NCBI RefSeq assembly: GCF_001194135.2
Contig: NC_068989.1
Span: forward strand, 73,345,315-73,409,314
DNA from: Octopus bimaculoides
Lineage: Eukaryota
Reading direction: 5' to 3'
DNA: 64,000 nucleotides
Numbering within the stretch: position 1 is the stretch's first letter; each line of letters starts with the position of its first letter. The notes below the pieces were generated by a model. The model was not told the DNA's origin. It worked only from the letters and a program-made list of their open reading frames with translations, and made no database searches. Shown piece by piece: positions 12,492 to 25,043 of this stretch. The position numbers were made by a program, and so were the translations under genes.

Positions 12492-13904
12492 ATTCTTAAT
12501 GTTTTGTTTATTTGTATTTTGAAATAATAGAAATGCAATTTATATTTCTAATTATTCTTTCAGCTCAGCAGATGGAATCTGTTAATACATTTGCTGTTTA
12601 AATTCATCAGTATTCAGTCCTGTTCGGCTAATTATGGAAAAAGGATAAAAATAAATGAATGAATGAATGAATAAATGAATAAATAAATACAGGTCAAAAA
12701 AACAAATAAACATACTATAACATATTTGAATAGTGTTCTATTGATAAAACAAAAAAATAAAAACAGCCTTGAACTCATGACTCTGTGTTTGCATACACAA
12801 ACATACAAGTACACACATGCACACATATTTAAGCTCATGAACACATATAAACATACATACATATATACATACATATATATATATCTATACACACACATAC
12901 ATATATGTATGTTCATATGTATATACTCATACATATTTTCATACATACATATGCATTCAGCCTTCCACACACTTCCACACACATTACCTGTAAGCAGTCA
13001 TGCATGCACATACCTACACATGCATACACACAGCTTTATATACACTCAAGACATGTACATACACATATCTACATACAACATGTGTAGACATATACACACG
13101 TACACACACACATACACACGCACACACACATGCATCCCCATCCAAGTTGAAGTATACAAACAACCATCACTACGCACTCACATTCATACACACTCACATT
13201 CATACACACTCACATTCATACACACACAAACACAGAAACACCTAGGCATAGATACATAATTTCACATACACACACATGTACACAAAATAATTCCAACATT
13301 GACACACATGGCTGATTCATAGTCAGCTGTTGGTATAGAATACTAGCGAACACTTCTCTCATTTGTGTGTTCTGGATATTTTGCCCTTTTATCAAACCCC
13401 TGTTCCCCTTCACCCTTTTGTTACCCTATTTCTCTTGAAATACCATTGCTTTTGTTTCAACAGATTTTGAAAATACTGAGGAATTTACTAAAATAGCTAT
13501 ATCATTATTAGGCAGGTGATTGGAGCATAAATGAACATTTAAATTTCAATAGAATGTTTTAATTCTGATCACTTTGAAATAGATAGTTTGTTTCAAAGAA
13601 TGATCTGTGGGTCTGATGCATTCTCCAGTTCAGTTGGTATTGGAAAGATCCAAATCATCTATGCATGTCTTCTCTTACTCTTTTTAATTTAGAGTAAATT
13701 TTGACTGACCACCAACTTTGTAGTAAGGTTGTGAAGGAAGCTATCATAATTTAACCATCATCCTTTAAATCTTAAGAAAGTCTTCGCAGACTTTTATATA
13801 AATATTGAGATCATTTGTTGCTTATGAATTAAGGATTTGCATTCTCTCTCCAAGATTCTAAGTTCAGCCATACTCTAGATGGGTCGGTATGTATCCTGTT
13901 GCTC

Positions 13905-13945
<41 letters not shown>

Positions 13946-14231
13946 GTGGAGAATGGAGAAACAAATACAAGAAGAAGCAAGTCAATTGGGCTAGTTAGCT
14001 ATTGATTTAATTATATGGAGATTATATAATGAGTCATTTACGATCATTTCGATGTGCCATATTGAAGCAATCCTATCATATACCAATATATATATATATA
14101 TATATTTATAAATATATATATATTTATATATATATAATAACAAAAAGTGACAACAAAAGAATGAGACCTCGATATTAGGTAAATAGAGGATTATTTATAT
14201 ATGTATATTTTAGGACAATCAGTAAATTGTC

Positions 14232-14297
14232 ATAATAGTACTTGGAGTTTCAAATGCCGGATGTAAGGGCTACAATGCATTCTCATTGGCTATTTAT
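14232..14297 (-). ncRNA. Degenerate type I hammerhead ribozyme (Penelope-associated type)
   Basis: Minus strand reads ataaatag-CCAATGA-gaatgc(19 nt)gcattt-GAAAC-tccaa-GTA-ctattat. Stem I is aatag/ctatt, stem II is 6 bp, and the GUA cleavage triplet is correctly placed. The core has two changes from CUGAUGA. Confidence 0.6.
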
Positions 14298-16345
14298 GGC
14301 AATAGACTCTATGAAAAACCATTGAATAAAAGGAAAGTTACTCTAATAAGTAGAAAAAATATAAAAGATAAAAATACACGCAACCATATTCTCACAGTAC
14401 ATAGACATTATACCTCCTGCGTTCATAACGTCTACATAAGTACACACTCACACTAACATGTATATCTACATGCACATACACACACAGATATATATGTGCA
14501 TGTTCGTACTCATATGTATACACATGCACACACATATATAATTATGTGCGCGTGTGTGTGTGTGTGTGTTTGTGTATGTATATTTGCACACAACTTCATC
14601 CTCATATACACATATATATTTATATAGTTAATCCCAAAAAACATGTATGTGCATATGTATGTATATATATATATATGCGTGCATATACATGTATGTATAT
14701 GTGTATATGTATGTGTGTATGCATGTGTCGTAATGGTTTAACCCAGGTGTTAAAGTAACAAGTGTATTAAGTTTTTTTTATTTGTTCACTTGCTCACACA
14801 CACACGCATACAGACATTGATACATACACACAAATGCATACATGCGTACTCATATATACCTGTTTGCTTAGAAATATCTGTGTACATGTCTATTTACCTG
14901 TGCAAATGAGCGTGTATCGAGTGCTATTTGATTTTCTTTATTCACTCACCCATATGTATGTGTGTGCATGTGTGTGTGTGTCTGTGTGTGTGTTTGCTTT
15001 CTCTTCGTGATTGGAGTTTCATTTTATATATTGATCAACCACCTGTTCAATGTTAAGGAATATATATATATGTGTGTGTGTGTGTGTTTGTCTGTCAAAT
15101 GTAGGAGCGTCTTGTTCTTTACATCTTCCTTTGTGTAGCCATTCAGCCTTTAAATTTTAAGGTCTTGCAAATTTCTATTGTCCCAGATATCGTGATCATC
15201 TGTTGCTATAGATTATTGATCTATGTTCCTTTCCTCAAGAATCCATACTTCACTTCAGTCATGTTGCTACACATCCCATTGCTTCAGTAATAAAGGACAT
15301 TAAGCTGATAGTGTATTTTGAGCACTGTGTTTGTGTATTTGTACCGTGAATGTGTGTGAGTGTGTATGAGAGTGTGGTGAGATTTAAGATCTTTGCTGAA
15401 TAAAAGCTGGTCACTAACAAAGTGACATGGCACTTTTTTGTTTTGAGACATTTTTATTGTCATAATTCTGTTGAATAATAATTACGAGAAATTCTTTTGT
15501 TATTATAATACTGTTGGAATCTTCAATCTTTGCTTCAATTAATTTTGAAAATAATGAAGTATTTAGTAAAGTAGCTTTGTTATTATTAAACCAGTGTTAA
15601 ACACAAAAATTAATGTGACGTTTGATGCAAGATTTTAATTTAGATCACTTTTAAACAGAATGTTTGAATCAGTGAGCAAAGAGCGGTGTTTGGCAAACTG
15701 GAATCCAAACGATTAAAGCGATTTATGAATTTGAGAGTGTATATGTAGGTGTATAAATTGAAATACTTGTAACTATATCTGTACATATGCTTTGTGATAG
15801 GTGTAAATGTGTGTATGCTTCATTACTCTTCATGTATGAGTGTATGCATACTTCTCATTTTTTTCTCTAGCAAAAAATAAGAAAGTAGTAGAAAGGTTAG
15901 ATGTTATGTATGAAGGAAGTTATAAATTTTCCTTTCTTTTGATATGAGCTATTTTCAGTGATAGTGTGTTGGATATTGTTTTTCAGATACAGTCTACATT
16001 TAATAATTTTTAAGTAATTCTCTATTTTTCCTGTAAAAACAAAATGACAAAACTTAAAAAGAGAACAAATGAACAGCAATGAAAGTTCTCAAAGTTTTGA
16101 AAAGTTAATAAAAATTTCATCGTTTAAAGAAAACTGTTGATACATTAAGTATCAGTTGCATACTGGGTTGACCTAATTGACTGGCCCCCCTCCCCCAAAA
16201 TTTCTGCCATTGTTTCTAGAGTAGAAAAGTATATATATATAGCCACACAACAGGCTTCTTTTAGTTTCCATCTACCATTCTTATAGATGCATCTTACAAA
16301 GCTTTAAGTGGTTTGTGGCTATGATAGAAGTATATTGAAAGTACA

Positions 16346-16660
16346 TGGTTCAGTGGCTAGGGTATTCGGCTTACAATCATAAGGTCGTGATTTCAATTCC
16401 AAGTGGTGTGTTGTATCCTTGAGCAAGACACTATATTTCACATTATTCCAGTTCACTCAACTGGTAAAAATGAGTAGTACCTGTATTTCAAAGGGCCAGC
16501 CTTGTCACGCTGTGTGTCACACTGAATCTCCCTGAGAACTACGTTAAGGGCCCACATGCTTGTGGAGTGTTTAACAACCACTTACATGTTAATTTCACAA
16601 GTAGGCTGTTCCATTGATCGAATCAATTGGAACCCTTGTCATCATAAATAATGGAATACC
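16346..16660 (+). mobile_element. SINE variant A' (tRNA head + CORE-like domain + family A 3' half), inserted in a family B remnant
   Basis: The head tggttcagtgg...tttcaattcc is followed by gtatccttgagcaagacact, then by tcaaagggccagccttgtcac...gagaactacgttaaggg, which is shared with family A. Confidence 0.75.
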
Positions 16661-17584
16661 AGTGAGAAGACATCCCCCCGCCCCAAGGTGTCACACCATA
16701 GGACAGAATCAAAAGCCATATAGTTGGGGAGGAAACTTCTTAATCACACATCTATACTTGTGCCTTTCTCGAAGAAAAAGTATCTTCTAAATTCTATGGA
16801 GCAAATATGCTTTAACAATTTGGCTATTTCCAAATAAATCTATTTGCTCAGTAAAACACTAAAAAATATTTTCTTACCAAATGAGAGATTAACTTATATG
16901 TTGGTGTTTATTTTAATGCTCTCAAATCTTGAGTTAAGTATAGTCTTTGTGAGTTTCTGTATATCCTCATAGAGACCATATATATATATTTTTTTCATCT
17001 TGTGATCATTCATTGTCCATTTGAACGAGTTGGTGTCTCATGTGATCACAGTATTATTCATTCATTAAGGCTTTATAATTGCTACTAAATTGAATACTGT
17101 AGTAGTAAATATAATCTATCTGTAGAAACCACGTGTAAATTTAATTATAGAAACTTCAGAACTGTTGCAATATGTATGTAAACACACATACACACACACA
17201 CACACACACATTCATGCACACTCACATGCACACATGCACACATCTACCTCTGTGTGGATGGATGTGTGTGTGTGTGTGTGTATTGTATATGTATAGGTAG
17301 CAGTGAATAAATTGTCATCGTCTAAAGTACACAAAGATGAGAACAACACTGACATCTCATTTTAATAGATATATTTACCAAAATTACATAAAAATGTCTT
17401 GAAATACTAAAGAATAGATTTTTTCAATAAAATCGCCATTGGCTTCACACATATAAAACTTACCAGTGTGTATATACGTATTTATATCCATATTGGTAGG
17501 TATATATTATGTGTGAAATATATATGTATATGTATCTGTGTGTTTGCATACAGCAGTTAAGATGTTCTCTTGTATATATATATA

Positions 17585-19739
17585 CTAGCAGTATAACCCG
17601 ACCTTGTCCGGGTGTGACTTATTACGTCATCTACGATAAGTCTTGCTAGGTGAAAATCAACTAAAAAAGTAAGCCTTACAACGAAAAAACCCTTATGATG
17701 TAAATATGTTCATAATTCAAAAGACGATGAAATTAATAGAGAAAGTCTGAAGGCTGTTTTGCGTAACATTATTAAGTGTACGTAAATTTCATCCGTCTAA
17801 TTGGCTATAGAAATGCTTGTGCAGAACAACTTTTTGCGCTGCCCTGATTATACATAGCAGGGTAATCCCTTTTCGCAGGAGCTAGGACGGCAATTTGTGA
17901 TGAAGCAATTGCTGGCGATCTGTTGCTANNNNNNNNNNNNNNNNNNNNNNNNNNNNNNNNNNNNNNNNNNNNNNNNNNNNNNNNNNNNNNNNNNNNNNNN
18001 NNNNNNNNNNNNNNNNNNNNNNNNNNNNNNNNNNNNNNNNNNNNNNNNNNNNNNNNNNNNNNNNNNNNNNNNNNNNNNNNNNNNNNNNNNNNNNNNNNNN
18101 NNNNNNNNNNNNNNNNNNNNNNNNNNNNNNNNNNNNNNGCATTATGTTCAAAGTAGCTTCTGGAATGTGGTGAATTGCTGCAGTCTGTTGCTGTCATTTT
18201 AAACTGGTTGCGTTCTTTCCCCAGCAAACTCTCTTCTTTGGAGGCATAATCTATGTATATATTAAACAGAACAACAAAAGTTATAATAGATGGCAGGGTC
18301 GGTACTTTTCACATATCTGTAATTTTTCAGATTAACACCCGCACGATTACCCAACCCTAATCCTAAACCTAATCCTAACACTAACCCTAACATTAACCCT
18401 AAACCCTAACCCTCACCCTAAAACCCTAACCCTCACCCTGACCCTAAAAACTTAATCGTAACACTAATCCTAACTCTAACCGTAACCCTAACCCTAAACC
18501 CTAACCCTGACCGTAAAACCCTAAACGTAACACTAATCCTAACCCTAACCGTAACCCTAAACCCTAACCCCTAACCCTGACCCTAAAATCCTAACCCTAA
18601 CACCGTAGTGAAAATCGTGGTATATTTACAAAACATTGACGAACATGAGTTATATTTTACTGAATGATTGTGTACTTGCACATGTATGCGTTTGAGAGAG
18701 CGATAGAGGAAGAGGGGGAGATAGAGAACGGGAGCAATGTGTATGTTGTCACAGATTACGTATGTGTGGTTGTGTGTGTTTTTATNNNNNNNNNNNNNNN
18801 NNNNNNNNNNNNNNNNNNNNNNNNNNNNNNNNNNNNNNNNNNNNNNNNNNNNNNNNNNNNNNNNNNNNNNNNNNNNNNNNNNNNNNNNNNNNNNNNNNNN
18901 NNNNNNNNNNNNNNNNNNNNNNNNNNNNNNNNNNNNNNNNNNNNNNNNNNNNNNNNNNNNNNNNNNNNNNNNNNNNNNNNNNNNNNNNNNNNNNNNNNNN
19001 NNNNNNNNNNNNNNNNNNNNNNNNNNNNNNNNNNNNNNNNNNNNNNNNNNNNNNNNNNNNNNNNNNNNNNNNGTTAAGAGGAATTTAAGTGGAATTTCCG
19101 AAAATTGTCACCCACCCCCTCCCAAAACACTTTCACCGAACATTTTTGTATATTCGGAATCTACATAATAAATAATATATGCACAGAAAATTTCATTAAA
19201 AAATATTCATTTTTCTGAAAGTTATGACCTTCCAAAGTCGGTGGGTACAACTCTGTAGTTATGCCACATTGACGAACGTGAATGATTGTGTTTACTTGCA
19301 CGTGTATGCGTTTGAGAGAGCGATAGAGGAAGAGGGGGAGATAGAGAACGGGAGCAATGTGTATGTTGTCACAGATTACGTATGTGTGGTTGTGTGTGTT
19401 TTTATGTATCAGTGTTATGAAAAATAAGTAAAGAATACTGAGAAGAAAGTTTAATCTATGATGTATGTATCACTTTCTCTCTCTGTTGAGCGCGTGTGTA
19501 AGAACACTGTTCCAGGTAGAAGGGAAGAAATATAAAAGTTGCTAGAAACAACAGCCAAATCTCCCATAAATCACACAAAGGAAACGGAATTTTAAAAATC
19601 TAATTACTGCACTGGAAAGTTCACATCGAGAAAATTTCATTGATGTAAAAAATTTTACGAAAAAGTGGAAAATGTGGATTTCTATAAACTTTTAAAAAAG
19701 CTTCACACAGACACACAACTTCAGCTTTATATATTAAGA
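17585..19739 (-). mobile_element. Non-autonomous Helitron, possibly composite; spans two gaps
   Basis: The minus-strand 5' end is A|TCttaatatataaagctg at 19739. The 3' end is the hairpin acccggacaaggtcgggt 7 nt before CTAG|T at 17585. These are canonical TC...hairpin-CTAG termini inserted between A and T. Confidence 0.65.
18351..18601 (-). repeat. Degenerate interstitial telomere-like (TTAGGG)n array
   Basis: The plus strand is built from ccctaa, cctaa, ccgtaa and ccctga variants. Confidence 0.9.
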
Positions 19740-20024
19740 TATTTATATAAATTGTTATCTTATTTTAACATCCGTCTTCTAATCTGGAATCAGCTGGACA
19801 CTTTGACAGGTTCTGACAGGTCAGAAGATTGTGGAAAATGTATAGTTCATAGCAATCAAAAACCACCCCAGAAACCCTCAGTATATCAAATAGAGAGAAT
19901 GAATTGTTTTATGACAACCGTTTCCATTCAACTGTCTGTCTGTCTGTCCATCCATCCATCCGCTCATCTCTCTCTCTCACTATCTATCTACCTAAATATG
20001 TAAACACCCCTCCACACACACACA

Positions 20025-20056
<32 letters not shown>

Positions 20057-21794
20057 AACACACACATCAATATTTGTTTTTATGTTATAATAAAAAATCA
20101 TTTTACATTAAATTGAGGGATTTCCCATTACATTTGGTAGAGCACAATTTTATTATTTTTCAAGAACACTGTTGACAGTGACTTTGAAGTTTCAGCCAGC
20201 TAACCCATCACCAGACTATGGTGCATTTGTGTTCATCTTGGCATTATATGGTCTCTGTTAAGTTAAACTTTTTTCTAGAGAGATGAGTTCTATCGAATGA
20301 TAATTAGGTTGTATGGTGGGCTGTGATGGCAGGGTGTTATGGGGAATTTTTGTTGATTAAATATGGGAATGTGCTTTTGTTTAGAATCTTTTTATGCATA
20401 TAGAACTTTGTAATCGGGAGTCTGTATATTTAGGTGTGTCATCTTCAGGACATAAGGGATTACAAAAAATGTAGTTTTATTGTTGGTCAGCTGTTTGATC
20501 TGTCTGTTTGTCTGTCTTTCTGCAGACAGATCGATAGGCTGACAGATGGTTAGCTATTTACAGGATCATAGTCAGAAGTTAATTCCATAGTTACAACCCA
20601 TTCTCAGTACAAAAGTAGACTAAAACATTTAAAATTTGGGATTATTCTGATTAACAAAAATGGCAGACTTTTTTTGTTGTAGCTTGTGATATTGTTGACT
20701 CAGGTATATTTACGAATTGTAATTTTGACCTAGAATTGATGAAAACCACACTTGACACTGAAGGTTTTAAAAACAAAACTTATAAAGAAACTTAAATTGA
20801 AATACAAATAAATCAGATAATGTCTTTTGTTCACTAATCTATTTCTTTCGAGTCACTTCATTTAAATAATAACATAGGAAAATATATCAATTTAAATATT
20901 TAGTTATAAATAGTTTGTATGAGAGAAAGCATGAGACCTCCTTTGTTGGTCTAAGGCTATAGCAGAAGACACTTGCCCAAGGTGTCACGCAGTGGGACTG
21001 AACCAAGAAATATGTTGGTTAAAAAGCAAGCTTCTTACCACATTGCCATGCCTGTGCCTGTATGTATCTTATATTTTTTTATGATTAAAAAAACATAGAT
21101 TTATTTATGTAATCACTACAACCAACATGCAATCCTTGTACTTTTTTATAAAATTTTATTTTTACTTTATTTTTTTTTGCATTTGCAGGTAATAAAAGAC
21201 TAAAGAAAAATAAATATTTTTCTTATTATTATCTTGGTATTAAAGTTAATAAAAGTGACATCTGGAATTATTTTTATTCTGCTATTCAAAATTCAATTTC
21301 TGGTTGCATGCATGTATGAAAGTATGCACAGACAAAGATTGAAATGTTGGTAGGCTGGCATTAAGAGTAACTCAGTTTACAAGTCTTTGACTCCAGAGAG
21401 AAATTCTATTTATTTTTGTATTACTTTAAAAAAATGTTTTTATTTAATTTTTTTATCCATTTTGAAACCCATATGAACTTTATTATTAGAATAGTTTCTC
21501 CTGATGCATGAATCCATTGTCACAGTAATCATAATACTTCTTTCTAGTTTCTGTGAATATATCAGATGTGTCCATTTTTGCTTTCAGCTTTCTTTGTATA
21601 CAGAGTCTAAGGCCTGTTTTTTTTTTCTTATTTATTATTTTCACTTTGGCTTCATACATCTGCAGGAAAAAAAAACAGTATACATTCTTAGAAAAGATAG
21701 ATAAATATTTGCCTTTCATTCCTTGATTTACCCACAACAATAAGAAAAATAAAATATAATTCAATATCATATATATGTATGTATGTATGTATGT

Positions 21795-22057
21795 GTGGAG
21801 GCACAATGGCCCAGTGGTTAGGGCAGTGGACTTCCAGTCATAGGATTGAGGTTTCGATTCCCAGACCGGGCGTTGTGAGTATTTATTGAGCGAAAACACC
21901 TAAAGCTCCACGAGGCTCCAGCAGGGGATGGTGGCGAACCCTGCCATACTCTTTAACCACAACTTTCTCTCACTCTTACTTCCTGTTTCTGCTGTGCCTG
22001 TAATTCAAAGCCTTGTGAGTGGATTTGGTAGACGGAAACTGAAAGAAGCCCGTCGTA

Positions 22058-22126
<69 letters not shown>

Positions 22127-22332
22127 ATGTTTGTGTGTCTGTGTTTGTCCCCCCAACATTGCTTGACAACCGATGCTCGTGTGTTTACGTCCCCGTAATT
22201 TAGCGGTTCAGCAAAAGAGACCGATAGAATAAGTACTAGGCTTCCAAAGAATAAGTCCTGGGGTCGATTTGCTCGACTAAAGGCGGTGCTCCAACATGGC
22301 CGCAGTCAAATGACTGAAACAAGTAAAAGAGT
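21795..22332 (+). mobile_element. Chimeric SINE: family A 5' part fused to family B 3' part
   Basis: Matches family A up to taattcaaag (22010), then family B from ccttgtgagtggatttggtagacgg to aaacaagtaaaagag. Confidence 0.85.
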
Positions 22333-22944
22333 AATAGTTAATCCCATACTTGAGTTTCCCTATTAATGAGCAAATAAATTAATTTGCCATCTGTAGTTCA
22401 TTACTGAAGTGAGCAGCAACAGATCTAAGTTGAACACGACTAAACCCTTAACATTAGTAGCCTTGTCTTGAAAGAAATCTTTATAAAATTGTCTCATGGC
22501 AGGGTACTCTCTTACTGGTGATAAATTATTAATTAAGGTTGCAATCTAACTGCTGCTGGTTTTAGCCACAGGTCACTCCTGTTGTAGTGGACTTATGAAT
22601 AAAAGCATTCCAGATGTGACCATTCCTGCTTTTATTTACTCATTCTATGCAGGTCTGTTGGACCTCATGATTTAATGTCTTTTTCCTTCTTCATCTTTTC
22701 ATTTTTTTTTTTTAAGATGATAGGATGCTATGATTTTGAGGAAGATTTTGCTGCTATTTGTAGTGGGTCAAGTCATGAGCAACCATGTATAAGCTCCATT
22801 CCAATGAAAAAGTTATGCGTGTCACATCTTGCTTTCCTCTTTTGCGTAATGTAAAACGGAAATTAAAATTTTCTTAGATTGATTCTTAAGAACCTTTTAA
22901 TTAACTAGATTCTATTATGAAATCCCAACGCTGAGTGGAACTCA

Positions 22945-23246
22945 CCACCACCTTCATCACCATGACCATCATCATGATCATCGGTTTTATAATTTGGTGA
23001 CATATGGTGGTGTTTTTTAATTGAAAAGCCTTTATATATCTGTGTAATGTCTTCAGTGTGTATTTTATAGTTTTTTATAAAATGGCTAATTTTTTTTCTT
23101 CTTGGTTTTCTTTTTAAAATTTTTTTTTTTTTAATAATTAGCTAAGTGGTGAAAAAGAAATAGAAGTCTGTCTTGATTTATAACAATAGTTGAGTATAAT
23201 GTCATTTACTTGCAGACATTGCCAAACAAATCACTGTCATCATTTT

Positions 23247-23277
<31 letters not shown>

Positions 23278-23720
23278 ATGCCATAATCATTGTAATTAAC
23301 ATCAACGTCATCATCAATCATTGCAATTAACATCATTATCATTATCATCACTGAGATTCTTCATTAATCATCACTGTCACTGTTGTTATGATAGTCCACC
23401 AACAACTCCGTAATCATTATCATAATAATCAATGTTACAATTATTACGATCATTATAATTGATATCAGTATGATAAGCACTATCCTCCTCCTCCTCCTCC
23501 TCCTCCTCCCCCTCGTCATCATCATCATCATCATCATCAATATTAGCAATGCAATGTTTTTTTTTAGTTTTGCCCATTCTGACAATAGCATGGTTAGGCC
23601 AGCTCTTATGCAATTGTACCTAATAGAAATAATGGTGATGATGATTATGATGGTGATGGTTGTTGATGGTTATAAAGATTGCCGATGATTATGGTGATTG
23701 CTGATGATCACTGGAGATAT
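22945..23720. repeat. Mosaic trinucleotide repeats (CAC/CAT/CCT, then GAT)
   Basis: Runs of catcatcat, cctcctcct and gatgatg. Confidence 0.8.
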
Positions 23721-24298
23721 CATTATAATATAAAATTGTGGCATTTAATGGTTGGTTGGCTAACTGGCTTGCTTGCTTGCTGGCTGGCTGGCTTGTATCA
23801 TGCATATATAATTAGTGATTTGATTATGCCTGTAAATCTGAAAAGTTAGTTGATAATAGTATTTAGAAAAAACATAATAATTTCAATAGAAGTCTAAGTC
23901 GACATAGTTGTTTCAGTGCAATGAAACAGTTTCCAAAAAACAGTTAACCAATTCCTTCAAGACATGATGGTGCTTTGAATAAAGTTAAACTCTCAGTTGG
24001 CGTTAGTAACCGCAATGTATTATATTTGCTTAACGTTTGTTTTTGTTTTACTTCTTTCTTGAGTTAAACTCTTTTACTAAATTAACGTTTTAATGATCTG
24101 ACTTTTTATTATTATTAGACTGGTGTTTTATTAAATTGACATTGAAAGAAATAAACATTTTATTCAATTGACAAATCACTAAATTGACATTTCACTAAAT
24201 TTGACATTTTCAATAATGTGAGCAACCATGTATTTCTTCTACTACCAGAAACTTGTTCTGCCTTTTTTTGTCATACTTTAACCTTTCATCATCAAGCA

Positions 24299-24555
24299 CA
24301 GTGGTTCTCAACCATTTTCCCCCTATAGACCCATTCATTCCTATTTTACACATGGGGGTGAGACACTCCTAACCATTCGATATCTAAAAATTCTGTTATT
24401 ATATTTTTATAATTAAATATCATTAGAAACTGTATAAAAAATTGTTAAAATATTTTGTTTTGTCGAAGTATAACCAATTTATTGTTTATAAATTTTAACA
24501 ACAAAATCTTATATGGACCCCCAAGGGTTATATAGACTCTGATTGAGAACCACTG
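24299..24555. mobile_element. hAT/Charlie-like MITE
   Basis: Perfect 13-bp TIR cagtggttctcaa / ttgagaaccactg. The 8-bp flanks atcaagca / acccaaca match at 5 of 8 positions. Confidence 0.8.
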
Positions 24556-24803
24556 ACCCAACATAAAAATGCTTCCCTCACTACTGTAGTGCTACTCAGC
24601 TGAAATGGATCCTAGTCTTGCAAGCCACTAGCAACCTCTCTAGTGCTGGTACCGTATAAAATGCACTCAGTACACTCTGAAAATTGATTTGTGTTAAGAA
24701 GGACATTCAGCTATAAAGACCATGTCAAAAAAACATTTGAGTATAATGCAGTCCTCCAACCCCACTTATCCTGTCAAACCATGCCAGCATGAGACAAAGA
24801 TGT

Positions 24804-25043
24804 TTAACCCTTTCGTTACTGCATTTCTTTTGAGATGCTCTGTGTTTTTTTGTTTTTTTTTCAATTAATTTCAAATATAACAAAGAATTTAGTAAAATAA
24901 CTTAGTTATCATTAAGCTAGTGTTAGGAACATAAATTGTGACTAAAGTTTGGTGGAAGATTTTAATTAAAAACTTATGAAAACAAGGCATTTTTACTACA
25001 GAGCCAGAGGCAGTTTCAGCCAAGTTGGTATCGAAAGGGTTAA
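24804..25043. mobile_element. piggyBac-like MITE
   Basis: Termini ttaaccctttcgttac...gtatcgaaagggttaa with TTAA at both ends. A related copy lies at 53490. Confidence 0.8.

Noticed and set aside
17805-17930. AIASSQIAVL resembling the Helitron helicase motif VASSGIAA
   Set aside because: The match is too short and no flanking helicase motifs are visible. The nucleotide stretch resembles another one across the gap, so it is likely coincidental.
20683-20703. 21-nt frame-preserving micro-exon candidate (tgtag...cag|gtatat)
   Set aside because: The donor is weak and it cannot be distinguished from chance without RNA data.
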